A stretch of 64,000 nucleotides of DNA from an uncultured Bacteroidaceae bacterium. Its GTDB lineage: Bacteria; Bacteroidota; Bacteroidia; Bacteroidales; SM23-62. Position numbers and translations under genes: made by a program. The notes under the pieces were generated by a model. It had not been told where the DNA came from. It made no database searches and worked only from the letters and a program-made list of their open reading frames with translations. This document shows positions 39,907 through 49,141 of this stretch, in pieces (positions within the stretch are counted from its first letter, which is position 1; each line of letters begins with the position of its first letter). The stretch is taken from the NCBI GenBank assembly GCA_964420035.1, contig CAYQQR010000009.1:32055-96054 (forward strand). The letters run 5' to 3'.

Positions 39907-41268
39907 ATGACGACAAAAGGGACCTATTTCGCGGGACGACCGGTAGCCTTTAATGTGATGTCCAAACCCATCGGACCCGTCTGCAACTTACACTGTGCCT
40001 ATTGCTATTACCTGGAAAAGAAAAACCTGTATCAAAAGGTAAAAAATTTCAGGATGAAAGAAGATGTGCTGGAGCATTTTACTAAGCAATATATTGATGC
40101 CCAGGAAGTACCTGTAGTAACTTTCGTTTGGCAGGGCGGTGAACCCACCCTGCTGGGCGTGGATTATTTCCGGAAGGCTGTGGAATTCCAAAAGCGCTAC
40201 GCGGGAAACAAGCGTATCGAGAATTCCTTCCAGACCAACGGTACCTTACTGAATGATGAATGGTGCAGGTTTTTTGCAAACAATAACTTTCTTGTTGGCA
40301 TCTCTATTGACGGTCCGAAGGAGTTGCATGATCCCTACCGAACGGGAAGAAGCGGGGAGCCCTCATGGGAGGAGGTGATGCGTGGCGTCAGGCTATTGAA
40401 GAAACACAGGGTGGAGTTCAACACCCTCAGCGTTGTCAATGATCTGAATGTCAATTATCCCCTGGATGTATATCACTTCCTGAAGAATATAGGCAGCGGT
40501 TTTATCCAATTCATCCCTATTGTTGAACGTATTGCCGATCAGCCAAAAGACGATGATTGCAACCTGGTTACCCCTTCTTTCGGCGAGCATGCACGTGTGG
40601 CAGAATGGTCGGTCGATCCGCGTAAATACGGTGATTTCCTGATAAAGATTTTCGATGAATGGGTCAGGCAGGATGTAGGGAAATATTTTGTGCAAATGTT
40701 CGATGCCACCCTGGCTAACTGGGTAGGGGAGATGGCCGGGTTGTGCGTTTTTAATGAAACCTGCGGACATGCCATGGCACTGGAGCATAACGGGGACCTT
40801 TATTCCTGTGACCACTTTGTCTACAAGGACTATTACCTGGGTAACATACTGGAAACCCCCTTGAAAAAATTGGCCCTGCTGGAAAAGCAGATGAAGTTTG
40901 GATATGACAAGCGCAATAGCCTTCCCAGGTTTTGCCAGGAGTGCGAATACCGTTTTGCCTGTCACGGAGAATGTCCCAAAAACAGGATTTCATTGACCCC
41001 CGACGGGGAGAAAGGACTGAATTACCTGTGCCCCGCTTTTAAGAAATTCTTTGCACATGTTCATCCCTATATGCAATATATGGGTGATCAACTGGAGAAG
41101 AAACAATCACCGGCGAATGTGATGAACTGGGTCCGGTACCTGGATGGGAAAAAGCAGCAAAAGGTACACGCTACAGTGCAAATGCCGGGGAAAGCAGGAA
41201 GAAATGACCCTTGTCCCTGTGGCAGTGGTAAGAAATACAAGAACTGTTGTATGAAGAAAATGAATTAA
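39907..41268 (+). CDS. anaerobic sulfatase-maturating enzyme-like radical SAM/SPASM protein with C-terminal SEC-C motif
   Basis: CNLHCAYCY (Cx3Cx2C), GGEPTL, and SPASM cysteine clusters (CVFNETCGH...YSCDHF; CQECEYRFACHGECPKNR). The extra tail ends GRNDPCPCGSGKKYKNCC. Confidence 0.85.
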   Translation: MTTKGTYFAGRPVAFNVMSKPIGPVCNLHCAYCYYLEKKNLYQKVKNFRMKEDVLEHFTKQYIDAQEVPVVTFVWQGGEPTLLGVDYFRKAVEFQKRYAGNKRIENSFQTNGTLLNDEWCRFFANNNFLVGISIDGPKELHDPYRTGRSGEPSWEEVMRGVRLLKKHRVEFNTLSVVNDLNVNYPLDVYHFLKNIGSGFIQFIPIVERIADQPKDDDCNLVTPSFGEHARVAEWSVDPRKYGDFLIKIFDEWVRQDVGKYFVQMFDATLANWVGEMAGLCVFNETCGHAMALEHNGDLYSCDHFVYKDYYLGNILETPLKKLALLEKQMKFGYDKRNSLPRFCQECEYRFACHGECPKNRISLTPDGEKGLNYLCPAFKKFFAHVHPYMQYMGDQLEKKQSPANVMNWVRYLDGKKQQKVHATVQMPGKAGRNDPCPCGSGKKYKNCCMKKMN

Positions 41269-41277
41269 GCAGGGAAA

Positions 41278-43050
41278 TTATGATTCCGCCGCCGGGAGGA
41301 AGAAATAGAAGCTAGTGCCTTTATCAGTCTTGCTCTCCAGGCTTAGTTCGGCACCGTGCTTTTTAAGGAAATCCTTTGAAATAACCAAACCCAGGCCGGT
41401 TCCCTCTTCTCCGCCCGTCCCCTTTCTGCTCAATTTCTTGTCAACGCGAAACAACTTATCCTGGTCTTCGGGTTTGATCCCCACCCCTGTATCGGCGACC
41501 ATTATCTTAACATCGGTGTCTGTTTTTTCGGCGGTCACATTGATCTTGCCTCCCGGTCGGGTGAATTTTATTGCATTGCTGACCATGTTGCGCAAAACGG
41601 TTGATATCATGTTCCGGTCTGCTATCACCGCTGTGTCGTCACTATTGTGCTGAAATTCGATATTCTTTGATTCAAGGTTGGAACGGTATAGACTGTGGAT
41701 TTCTTGAATAAGGTCATTGATCTGAAAAGGAGCAGGCTCATAAGAAATCTTGCCGGTTTGGTTTCTGGCCCATTGCAGCAGGTTTTCCAGAATCTCAAAT
41801 GCACCGTGGGCCGATTCATTGATCAAACCAATATATTCTCTCATCTTTTCTTTATCCAGTATTCCGTGATTCTGAGCGATCAGATCGGTGAAGCCCATGA
41901 TGGAATGAAAAGGATTCCTGAGATCATGCGCTATGATAGAAAATAGTTTGTCCTTGGTCTTGTTGATCTTTTGAAGCTCGTCGCGTTGCCGGGCTATTTC
42001 TTCTGTTTGTCTGCTGATCTCCTCTTCCGCTTTTTTTAATGCAGTGATGTCCGCATCGATCAATACATATTTATGTATGTTGCCATCCTTATCCAGGATG
42101 GGGGAAAGATTCGTCTGGGTCCAGAGCAGGCCCGTTCTCATTTTGCACTGATTCTGATAGGTGACAGGCTTTTTGGTCCTGTTGATCTCGTCGAGAATCT
42201 CATTAATCTTCGGGTTGGAACTGGTTTGCCTGAGGTTACTGCCATTTTCCTCAATATATTCCTCAAGGGTATAGCCATAAACCCGGGTGAAACTTTCATT
42301 GACCCATTCAAAATCTGCATCCTTGTTGAGGATGATCACTACATTGTTGGTTTTGGATGCTGCGATGGAGAGTTTGCTGAGTTCGGCATTGGCTTCCTGG
42401 AGGGATTCTGCCTGTGCATTTAATTCCTCTGTCTGCTGATGAATCTCCTCCCTGGATTCCTGCAGTTCTGCATTCGATTGTTTCAATTTCTCCGTTTGGG
42501 CTATGAGATTCTTTTCTGCCTTTTTCCTTTCTGTTATGTCCCTGCCAATGCCCGCGATGCCGGTTACCTTTCCGTGCTGGTCCTTGACCGGTATTTTGGT
42601 GGTTAGAACATATATGGTCCTGTTTTTCTCATCCCGGCCCTCTTCTTCTGTATTGATGATGGATTTGCCATTTGCAATGATCTCCTGTTCGTCCCAGTAA
42701 TATTTATTGGCCAGTTCCTTTGGATAAAAGTCGGAATCAGATTTGCCGATAAGGTTCACCGGACTTCTGACTCCAAGGGTATCGGCAAGCTTTTGGTTGG
42801 CTACAATGAACTTGCTGTTCGTATCTTTTACATAGATGAAATCCGGGATGTGGTCGATCAGGGTCCGCAGCAGGACAGATTCTTCAAATGGATCTGCAGA
42901 AGCCCCGTGCTTAACGGTAAATTTTTGCTTATGCTGTTTTCGGTAAAAGTACAATGTAGTGGCAGCAAGCACCAGTACAGCAATAACAAGCATGAACACC
43001 ACAAGCGCAGAAAACCCGTTCATCTGCCATTGTGCCATGAGGGAGGACAT
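41278..43050 (-). CDS. PAS-domain sensor histidine kinase
   Basis: N-terminal TM helix, two PAS-like segments, coiled coils, HisKA H-box (FSIIAHDLRNPF) and HATPase_c (DTGVGI, GTGLGL). Confidence 0.85.
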   Translation of the reverse strand: MSSLMAQWQMNGFSALVVFMLVIAVLVLAATTLYFYRKQHKQKFTVKHGASADPFEESVLLRTLIDHIPDFIYVKDTNSKFIVANQKLADTLGVRSPVNLIGKSDSDFYPKELANKYYWDEQEIIANGKSIINTEEEGRDEKNRTIYVLTTKIPVKDQHGKVTGIAGIGRDITERKKAEKNLIAQTEKLKQSNAELQESREEIHQQTEELNAQAESLQEANAELSKLSIAASKTNNVVIILNKDADFEWVNESFTRVYGYTLEEYIEENGSNLRQTSSNPKINEILDEINRTKKPVTYQNQCKMRTGLLWTQTNLSPILDKDGNIHKYVLIDADITALKKAEEEISRQTEEIARQRDELQKINKTKDKLFSIIAHDLRNPFHSIMGFTDLIAQNHGILDKEKMREYIGLINESAHGAFEILENLLQWARNQTGKISYEPAPFQINDLIQEIHSLYRSNLESKNIEFQHNSDDTAVIADRNMISTVLRNMVSNAIKFTRPGGKINVTAEKTDTDVKIMVADTGVGIKPEDQDKLFRVDKKLSRKGTGGEEGTGLGLVISKDFLKKHGAELSLESKTDKGTSFYFFLPAAES

Positions 43051-43097
43051 ATGGTTTAAATGGATAGCCTAAACTGAATATAAAGGTAATGAAAATA

Positions 43098-44393
43098 CTA
43101 GAAACCAAAAACCCGGGGAAGCCATAGACTGAGTTCCGGCAGGTAGGTGATAAGCATCAATACAGAGATCATGGCTATAAACAAGGGTATGAGGGGCCTG
43201 ATGACCTGCCCGATACCGATCCTGGCCACGGAGCAGCCGATGAACAATACCGATCCCACCGGCGGGGTGCATAAGCCCACACTCAGGTTCAGCACCATCA
43301 TGATACCGAAATGTATGGGATTCATACCCATGTCCACAACAACAGGCAGGAATATGGGGGTGAAAATCAATACCGCGGGGGTCATATCCATAAAAATCCC
43401 GACAAAGAGCAGGATCATGTTGATGATTATGAGTACAACGATCTTGTTGGAAGAAAGAGACAACAGGCCTTTACTGACTTCCTGGGGAATGTTTTCATAG
43501 GACATGATCCAGGATAGTCCAATGGAGGTACCTACCAGTAAAAGGACAATAGCGGTGGTCTCAACCGTTTTGAGCAATACGTCGGGCAGGTCCCTGATCT
43601 TGATCTCTTTATAGATAAAAGACAGGATCAGGGTATACAATACGGCTACCGCTGAAGCTTCAGTGGCTGTGAATATGCCGGCAATGATGCCGCCGATAAC
43701 AATGATCAGAAGCATCAGGGAAGGAATGGCGTCCAGGAACTTGATGATCTTGTAACGCGAACCGGTTTTTTCTGCTATCGGATAATTTTTTCGATAGGCA
43801 AAGGCACCGGCTACAGCCATCAGGGTGAGACCCGTGAGAATACCCGGGACATAACCTGCAAGAAACAGCGCGGCAATGGAAACACCCCCACTGGCCAGAG
43901 AATAAACAATAAGGATGTTGCTGGGCGGGATAGAAAGACCGGTGGTTGCCGAGGTAACGTTCACGGCTGTACTGAACGACTTATCATATCCTTCCTCGAC
44001 CATCTTGGGATGCATAAAACTTCCGATAGCGGACGCGGCGGCAGCAGCAGAACCCGAAATAGCGCCAAAGAGCATGTTGGCAATAATATTCACAAAAGCC
44101 AATCCGCCGGGTAAGCGACCCACTATGACCTTGGCAAAGTCGATGAGTTTGATGGCGATACCCCCGCGATTCATGAGCTGGCCGGCCAAAATAAAAAAGG
44201 GTATGGCCAGAAGGGCAAAACTGTCCAGCCCGGTGGCCATCCTTTGGGCCAGGGTCGTGAATGCCGGAATGGGGAGTATGCTGACCAGCATGGTTATAAT
44301 CCCCGAAAGACCTATGCTGTAGGCTATCGGCACTCCAATAGCCAGTAGTATAACGAAGCTGGAAACAAGAATTATAATGCCCTGTAGTTCCAT
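43098..44393 (-). CDS. dctM: TRAP transporter large permease subunit
   Basis: 431 aa, polytopic, typical DctM pattern (LLAIPFFILAG.LM..GG). Confidence 0.9.
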   Translation of the reverse strand: MELQGIIILVSSFVILLAIGVPIAYSIGLSGIITMLVSILPIPAFTTLAQRMATGLDSFALLAIPFFILAGQLMNRGGIAIKLIDFAKVIVGRLPGGLAFVNIIANMLFGAISGSAAAAASAIGSFMHPKMVEEGYDKSFSTAVNVTSATTGLSIPPSNILIVYSLASGGVSIAALFLAGYVPGILTGLTLMAVAGAFAYRKNYPIAEKTGSRYKIIKFLDAIPSLMLLIIVIGGIIAGIFTATEASAVAVLYTLILSFIYKEIKIRDLPDVLLKTVETTAIVLLLVGTSIGLSWIMSYENIPQEVSKGLLSLSSNKIVVLIIINMILLFVGIFMDMTPAVLIFTPIFLPVVVDMGMNPIHFGIMMVLNLSVGLCTPPVGSVLFIGCSVARIGIGQVIRPLIPLFIAMISVLMLITYLPELSLWLPRVFGF

Positions 44394-44419
44394 AAAACCT
44401 AGGTGATGAAAAATGAAAA

Positions 44420-44476
44420 ATAAAACCGTAACCCGTATCCCGTAACTTGTAACATTTAGAATTTAGAATTTAGATT
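44420..44476. repeat. CGTAACC + AGAATTT heptamer arrays in the dctQ-dctM spacer, overlapping the dctQ stop
   Basis: aaccgta|acccgta|tcccgta|acttgta|acattta|gaattta|gaattta|gattcat. The dctQ C-terminus ESKF* is encoded by the array. Confidence 0.8.
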
Positions 44477-44942
44477 CATCCATTTCTCCAAGTAATATTT
44501 CCGCAACCGCATAATAGACTATAATGACCCCGCTCACCGGAAGCACCAGGTAAACATAACCCAGCGGTATTTCCAGGGCAGAGGATATTTGGTTCAGTTT
44601 TAAGGTTATATAGACCAGCCTGATCCCGCCTATGATCATCACCAGCAAACCGAAAACAGCAATACAGGCGTTGATAAAAGCATCCAGATATTTTCTTCTT
44701 TCCGGAGATAATTTTCTGGGCAGCAAATCGATGGCAAGATGCCGTTTACGCCCGGTGGCGTATGCTGCACCAAATAATCCTACCCAGATCAGGAGAAATC
44801 CGGCCAACTCATCGGTCCATGAACTGGGCTCTCTCATAATATAACGGGAGGTGACCTGCCACAGGACATCCACCACCAAAACGGCCATAATCAGGACCAC
44901 GAGATATCCGAGCCATTTGTCAACCAGCCGTCTGAACTTCAT
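44463..44942 (-). CDS. dctQ: TRAP transporter small permease subunit
   Basis: 159 aa with 4 TM helices, located between dctP and dctM. Confidence 0.85.
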   Translation of the reverse strand: MKFRRLVDKWLGYLVVLIMAVLVVDVLWQVTSRYIMREPSSWTDELAGFLLIWVGLFGAAYATGRKRHLAIDLLPRKLSPERRKYLDAFINACIAVFGLLVMIIGGIRLVYITLKLNQISSALEIPLGYVYLVLPVSGVIIVYYAVAEILLGEMDESKF

Positions 44943-44950
44943 GATTTAAA

Positions 44951-45934
44951 TTATTGCAGGGACTGTATTTCCCGGATCAGGGTGTAGATCTCGGGTTCGT
45001 CCTTGTATTGTTCATATACTATTTTGGCCCTTTCTGCAAAGGGTTGTTTATCCGGATGTATGATCCTGATACCTGCTTCCTCAACAGCCTTCAGCGAAGC
45101 TTGCTCCGATTCAATCCATAGTTTTCTCTGATGTTTTGCCGATTCCCGGGCCGCTTGCTGGAGCCATTCCTGCTCCTGTTCCGTCAGTTCATCCCAAATG
45201 ATCTTGCTGATCAGTAACACATCGGGAATGGTACTGTGTTCGTCCAGGCTATAATATTTGCAGACTTCATAGTGATGCGACAGGTAGAAGCTGGGCGGGT
45301 TGTTTTCGGCGCCGTCAACCACACCCCCCTGCAAGGCTGTATATAACTCTCCCCATGAGATGGGTGTGGGCGAACCGCCGAGGGCCTTGACCATGTTTAC
45401 CGCGGTCGGACTCTTCATCACCCGTATCTTCAATCCCCGCAGGTCATCCGGATGATGAACAGGGGTTTCCTTGGTATAAAAAGATCGGCTGCCGGCATCG
45501 TAAAAGGTCAGGCCACGCAACCAAAAAGGTTCACTGGACAAAAGGAGCTTTTCCCCGACTTCCCCTTCCATAACCCGGTAGGCGTGTTCCCGGCTCTTGA
45601 TGATATAGGGGAGGGTAAGGGCCTTGTATTTTGGGGTAAAGCCTTCCATGATGGCGGCGGAAACCTTGGTCATGGCCAGAGAACCGATCTGCAACAACTC
45701 AACACATTCCCTTTCCGATCCAAGCTGCGCACTGGCGTAGATATGTATTTCCATCCTTCCTCCCGAAAGCTCACGCAAGCGCTCAGCCATGTACTCCATT
45801 CCTTTGTGGACCGAATGGGAGGGGTCCAGGCCATGACCCAGCTTTAAGATGGTTTTTTCCTGTTGATGACAGGAAGCGGAAATCATGAGAAAAAGAATAA
45901 GAATAGGAATAAAAGGTGTACGCGGCTTTATCAT
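44951..45934 (-). CDS. dctP: TRAP transporter substrate-binding protein (DctP family)
   Basis: 327-aa lipoprotein (ISASC) of DctP-like size and order. The kduI/eda context suggests a uronate or keto-deoxy-sugar-acid substrate; that assignment is inference. Confidence 0.85.
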   Translation of the reverse strand: MIKPRTPFIPILILFLMISASCHQQEKTILKLGHGLDPSHSVHKGMEYMAERLRELSGGRMEIHIYASAQLGSERECVELLQIGSLAMTKVSAAIMEGFTPKYKALTLPYIIKSREHAYRVMEGEVGEKLLLSSEPFWLRGLTFYDAGSRSFYTKETPVHHPDDLRGLKIRVMKSPTAVNMVKALGGSPTPISWGELYTALQGGVVDGAENNPPSFYLSHHYEVCKYYSLDEHSTIPDVLLISKIIWDELTEQEQEWLQQAARESAKHQRKLWIESEQASLKAVEEAGIRIIHPDKQPFAERAKIVYEQYKDEPEIYTLIREIQSLQ

Positions 45935-45939
45935 TGGGA

Positions 45940-46620
45940 TCAGTAGCGTGTTTTCCTGTATTTCTTGATGAGGTTAAGGGCATATTTGGTCCTTTCCTCA
46001 ATGGCAAGAAAATCAGCTTTTTGAATATCCTCTTTTCGTATAAGTTTAGAACCCATACCCACACAATAAACTCCGGCCTCGAACCATGCTTTCAGGTTTT
46101 GTTCTTCCGGAGCAACATCCCCCGTGGGCATGATAAAAGACCAGGGCAAAGGTCCCCTGAGTGCCTTCACAAAGCCCGGTCCGCCGACCGAACTCCCCGG
46201 GAATATCTTTACAACTTCAGCACCCAGCTCATGGGCCCTGGAAATCTCTGTGGCAGACCCGCAACCCGGCACCCAGGCCACCTTGCGGCTGTTACAAACC
46301 AAAGCAGTTTCTTCATGCATGATGGGCGATACGACGAAATTTGCCCCTAACTGCATGTACAATGCTGCAGTAGGAGCATCAATGACCGATCCCACACCCA
46401 GGATCATTTCAGGCAGTTCCTCAGCTGCATAACGGCTCAAAACACCAAATACCTCGTGGGCAAATTCGCCACGGTTGGTGAATTCGAATAATCTGACCCC
46501 TGCTTTATAACATGCATGCACAACCTGCTTGCATAATTCTGGATCGGGATGGTAAAAGACCGGGATCAATCCCGTTTCTCCCATTTGTATCACTACCCGG
46601 GTCTTACTGAATCGAGCCAT
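45940..46620 (-). CDS. eda: 2-dehydro-3-deoxyphosphogluconate / 4-hydroxy-2-oxoglutarate aldolase
   Basis: GLIPVFYH, VKIFPG and PTGDV(A) motifs of the KDPG aldolase family. Start taken at the internal ATG 46620. Confidence 0.8.
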   Translation of the reverse strand: MARFSKTRVVIQMGETGLIPVFYHPDPELCKQVVHACYKAGVRLFEFTNRGEFAHEVFGVLSRYAAEELPEMILGVGSVIDAPTAALYMQLGANFVVSPIMHEETALVCNSRKVAWVPGCGSATEISRAHELGAEVVKIFPGSSVGGPGFVKALRGPLPWSFIMPTGDVAPEEQNLKAWFEAGVYCVGMGSKLIRKEDIQKADFLAIEERTKYALNLIKKYRKTRY

Positions 46621-46719
46621 GGTAAATTTTTCGTGTGCGAACACGGTAAAGATAACTTATATTTCTATATTTACAATGTAGAAAGAATCCTATGTCAAAA
46701 TCTTTGAATATTAAATGTT

Positions 46720-47562
46720 ATGAATGTAAAGTATACAGAACGGTTTACCACCAATCCAACTGATTTCAAATCCTATGACACCCGGAGGATCCGGGAAGAT
46801 TTTCTTGTTGAGAACCTGATGGAAGATGATGCCATTAACCTGATTTACAGTCATTATGACCGCTTTATTGTGGGCGGTGCCGTGCCGCTGAAAAAGGGCC
46901 TGGTACTGGAGACCATCGATCCCCTGAAAAGCGAGCACTTTCTTGACAGGAGAGAGCTGGGCATCATCAATGTCGGCGGGGACGGTTATGTAAAAGCCGA
47001 TGGGACTGAATATGATCTGGGATACAAGGAAGCACTCTATCTCGGGAAAGAAAACAAGGAAGTCAGTTTTCACAGTAAAGATGCCAAAGACCCGGCTCAT
47101 TTTTATATCAATTCAGCACCGGCTCACCGCAAATATCCCAATAAACGGGTTACGCTGGAAGATGCGGAAGTTGCAGAATTGGGCTCGCTGGAATCTTCCA
47201 ATGCCCGAAAGATCAATAAACTGTTGGTGAACTCCGTTGTCGAAACCTGTCAGCTGCAGATGGGCATGACCGAGCTTAAGACAGGAAGCATATGGAATAC
47301 CATGCCGCCGCATACCCATACCCGGAGAATGGAGGTTTATTTCTATTTTGAAGTCCCGGAAGGACAAGCGGTTTGCCATTTTATGGGAGAACCCACGGAA
47401 ACCAGGCACCTGTGGCTGCAGAACGAGCAGGCAGCTATATCACCCGACTGGTCGATCCACGCGGGTGCCGGAACTTCCAATTATATCTTTATCTGGGGCA
47501 TGGCAGGAGAGAACCTGGACTATGGTGACATGGACGTGGCCCAGCCTACGGAACTTAAATAG
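46720..47562 (+). CDS. kduI: 5-dehydro-4-deoxy-D-glucuronate isomerase
   Basis: 280 aa. N-terminal [33 protein letters not shown] and a cupin metal site ([15 protein letters not shown]). Confidence 0.9.
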   Translation: MNVKYTERFTTNPTDFKSYDTRRIREDFLVENLMEDDAINLIYSHYDRFIVGGAVPLKKGLVLETIDPLKSEHFLDRRELGIINVGGDGYVKADGTEYDLGYKEALYLGKENKEVSFHSKDAKDPAHFYINSAPAHRKYPNKRVTLEDAEVAELGSLESSNARKINKLLVNSVVETCQLQMGMTELKTGSIWNTMPPHTHTRRMEVYFYFEVPEGQAVCHFMGEPTETRHLWLQNEQAAISPDWSIHAGAGTSNYIFIWGMAGENLDYGDMDVAQPTELK

Positions 47563-47563
47563 G

Positions 47564-47618
47564 ATTCAGGATGAGGCTGTGGGGATTGGGTGTGGGTGTG
47601 AAGAGCTTAAGAGCCAAA
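47564..47618 (-). repeat. dispersed 55-bp element, copy 2 (reverse orientation)
   Basis: The reverse complement tttggctcttaagctcttcacacccacacccaatccccacagcctcatcctgaat matches 61145-61199 at 52 of 55 positions. Starts 2 nt after the kduI stop. Confidence 0.9.
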
Positions 47619-47631
47619 TAGCAGCAGGGCT

Positions 47632-47708
47632 GTCATACAACAGTCATACGATGGTCATACGGTTGTCATACAATGGTCATACGGTTGTCATACAATGGTC
47701 ATGCGGTT
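47632..47708 (+). repeat. 7 x 11-bp tandem repeat (GTCATAC + 4 variable nt; 22-bp higher-order unit)
   Basis: gtcatacaaca gtcatacgatg gtcatacggtt gtcatacaatg gtcatacggtt gtcatacaatg gtcatgcggtt. Confidence 0.95.
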
Positions 47709-47782
47709 GTTTTTGGTTTCTGGCTACCAACGACCAGCAACAAGCAGCAAGTGACCAGAAACCAGAGGCCGGCCACCGGCCA
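47709..47782. repeat. period-7 array with opposed GGTTTCTGG / CCAGAAACC arms
   Basis: From 47734: ccagcaa|caagcag|caagtga|ccagaaa|ccagagg|ccggcca|ccggcca. ggtttctgg at about 47715 is complementary to ccagaaacc at about 47755. Confidence 0.8.
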
Positions 47783-47929
47783 TACCTTGGCAATGGAGAC
47801 TGACTTTAATGTGGACGCGGGATGCAGAAGCCTGTGCAAAAGTGAATCATGTACTAAAAAATAATGGAAATAAACTTGTCTGGAATATATCAGGCTGAAT
47901 CATGAATTCTGAATTAAATATACTTTTAA

Positions 47930-49141
47930 ATGAAAACATCAATTCTGATTTTTGTTGTATTATTGTTTGTAGCTGCTTGCAAGCTTCCCGAACGATACTT
48001 TACGGTAGTCAACGACCTCGACATGAAGCGTGTGGACGCATTGATCGAGATTCCCGGTTCTGAATTTGAAAAGTATATGGGCACTGTGCTGCCCGGGAAA
48101 TTTCTTTTGCTCAGGGATGAAAAGGGAGATACCATACCCTACCAGTTGCTTGACCTGGATGGTCAGCCGGGATGGGAGGAGATGGTCATCGTCACGAATC
48201 TCGAAGCTCAGGAAAGTAAACAGATCTATGTAGAATACATTGATTCCATGCCTCAATTTGATACACGGACCAACATACGTTTTTCACCCAAGGGAAGGCC
48301 GGAAGTGGAACTGGACTCGGCCATTCGGCTGGAAACCACAGAAACTGCTGAAACACAGCAATATTTCCAGTTCGAGGGAACAGGATGGGAGAATGACAAA
48401 GTAGGATTCAGGAACTATTTCGATCAGCGGAATGCATTTGACATTTTCGGAAAAACAACTTCGGCAATGGTTTTGGATGAGGTCGGATTAACCGGGGATT
48501 ATCATGCTTTGCAGGAATGGGGCATGGATATACTGAAGGTGGGTAATTCCCTGGGGCTGGGAAGCCTGGCCCTCTGGAGCAATGATAGTCTTTACCGTCT
48601 CGGGGATAATGGAGCAGGTAGCTTCAGGTTAATCTCAGAAGGATCCCTCCGGTCGGTTTTTGAGTTCAACCACAATAACTGGAAGGCTCATGATCAATCC
48701 TATGATGTTCAGTGCCTTGTTGAGATTACTGCAGGTCAGTACTTCTTTACCCTTGAAACATCATTTGACAGCCTGAAGGGGGCCCTGCCGGTTACCGGTC
48801 TCGTCAATATGAAGGCTTCAGATTATTTCTCGGGCAAGCTGGGAGAACATCAGCTATTGTTTTCCTATGATGAACAAGCTGAAGATACCTCAGGGCTGGG
48901 AATGGCCCTTATGGTTGAACCAGAATTATTTGCTGGGTTTTCCGAAACCCCTGACAGCGGACGGGGTATCACTCAAAGCTGGTGTTTAAAACTGGAACAC
49001 CGGGATGGACAAAGTTTCAAATGCCATATCTTTGCCTGCTGGGCACGGTCAACAGACCAATTTAAAGATAAAGACGGCTTCACGGCTTATCTCAAAGAAT
49101 GGTCCGCCCGGCTCAGGAATCCGGTAAAGGTGAAATGGTAA
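47930..49141 (+). CDS. DUF4861 domain lipoprotein (pectin/uronate-locus associated)
   Basis: Lipobox VAAC. The internal block FEGTGWENDKVGFRNYFDQRNAFDIFGK resembles DUF4861. The position next to kduI is typical. Confidence 0.6.
   Translation: MKTSILIFVVLLFVAACKLPERYFTVVNDLDMKRVDALIEIPGSEFEKYMGTVLPGKFLLLRDEKGDTIPYQLLDLDGQPGWEEMVIVTNLEAQESKQIYVEYIDSMPQFDTRTNIRFSPKGRPEVELDSAIRLETTETAETQQYFQFEGTGWENDKVGFRNYFDQRNAFDIFGKTTSAMVLDEVGLTGDYHALQEWGMDILKVGNSLGLGSLALWSNDSLYRLGDNGAGSFRLISEGSLRSVFEFNHNNWKAHDQSYDVQCLVEITAGQYFFTLETSFDSLKGALPVTGLVNMKASDYFSGKLGEHQLLFSYDEQAEDTSGLGMALMVEPELFAGFSETPDSGRGITQSWCLKLEHRDGQSFKCHIFACWARSTDQFKDKDGFTAYLKEWSARLRNPVKVKW

Noticed and set aside
47632-47708. CRISPR array
   Set aside because: The units are 11 bp and directly abutting, with no unique spacers and no cas genes. 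It is a simple tandem repeat.
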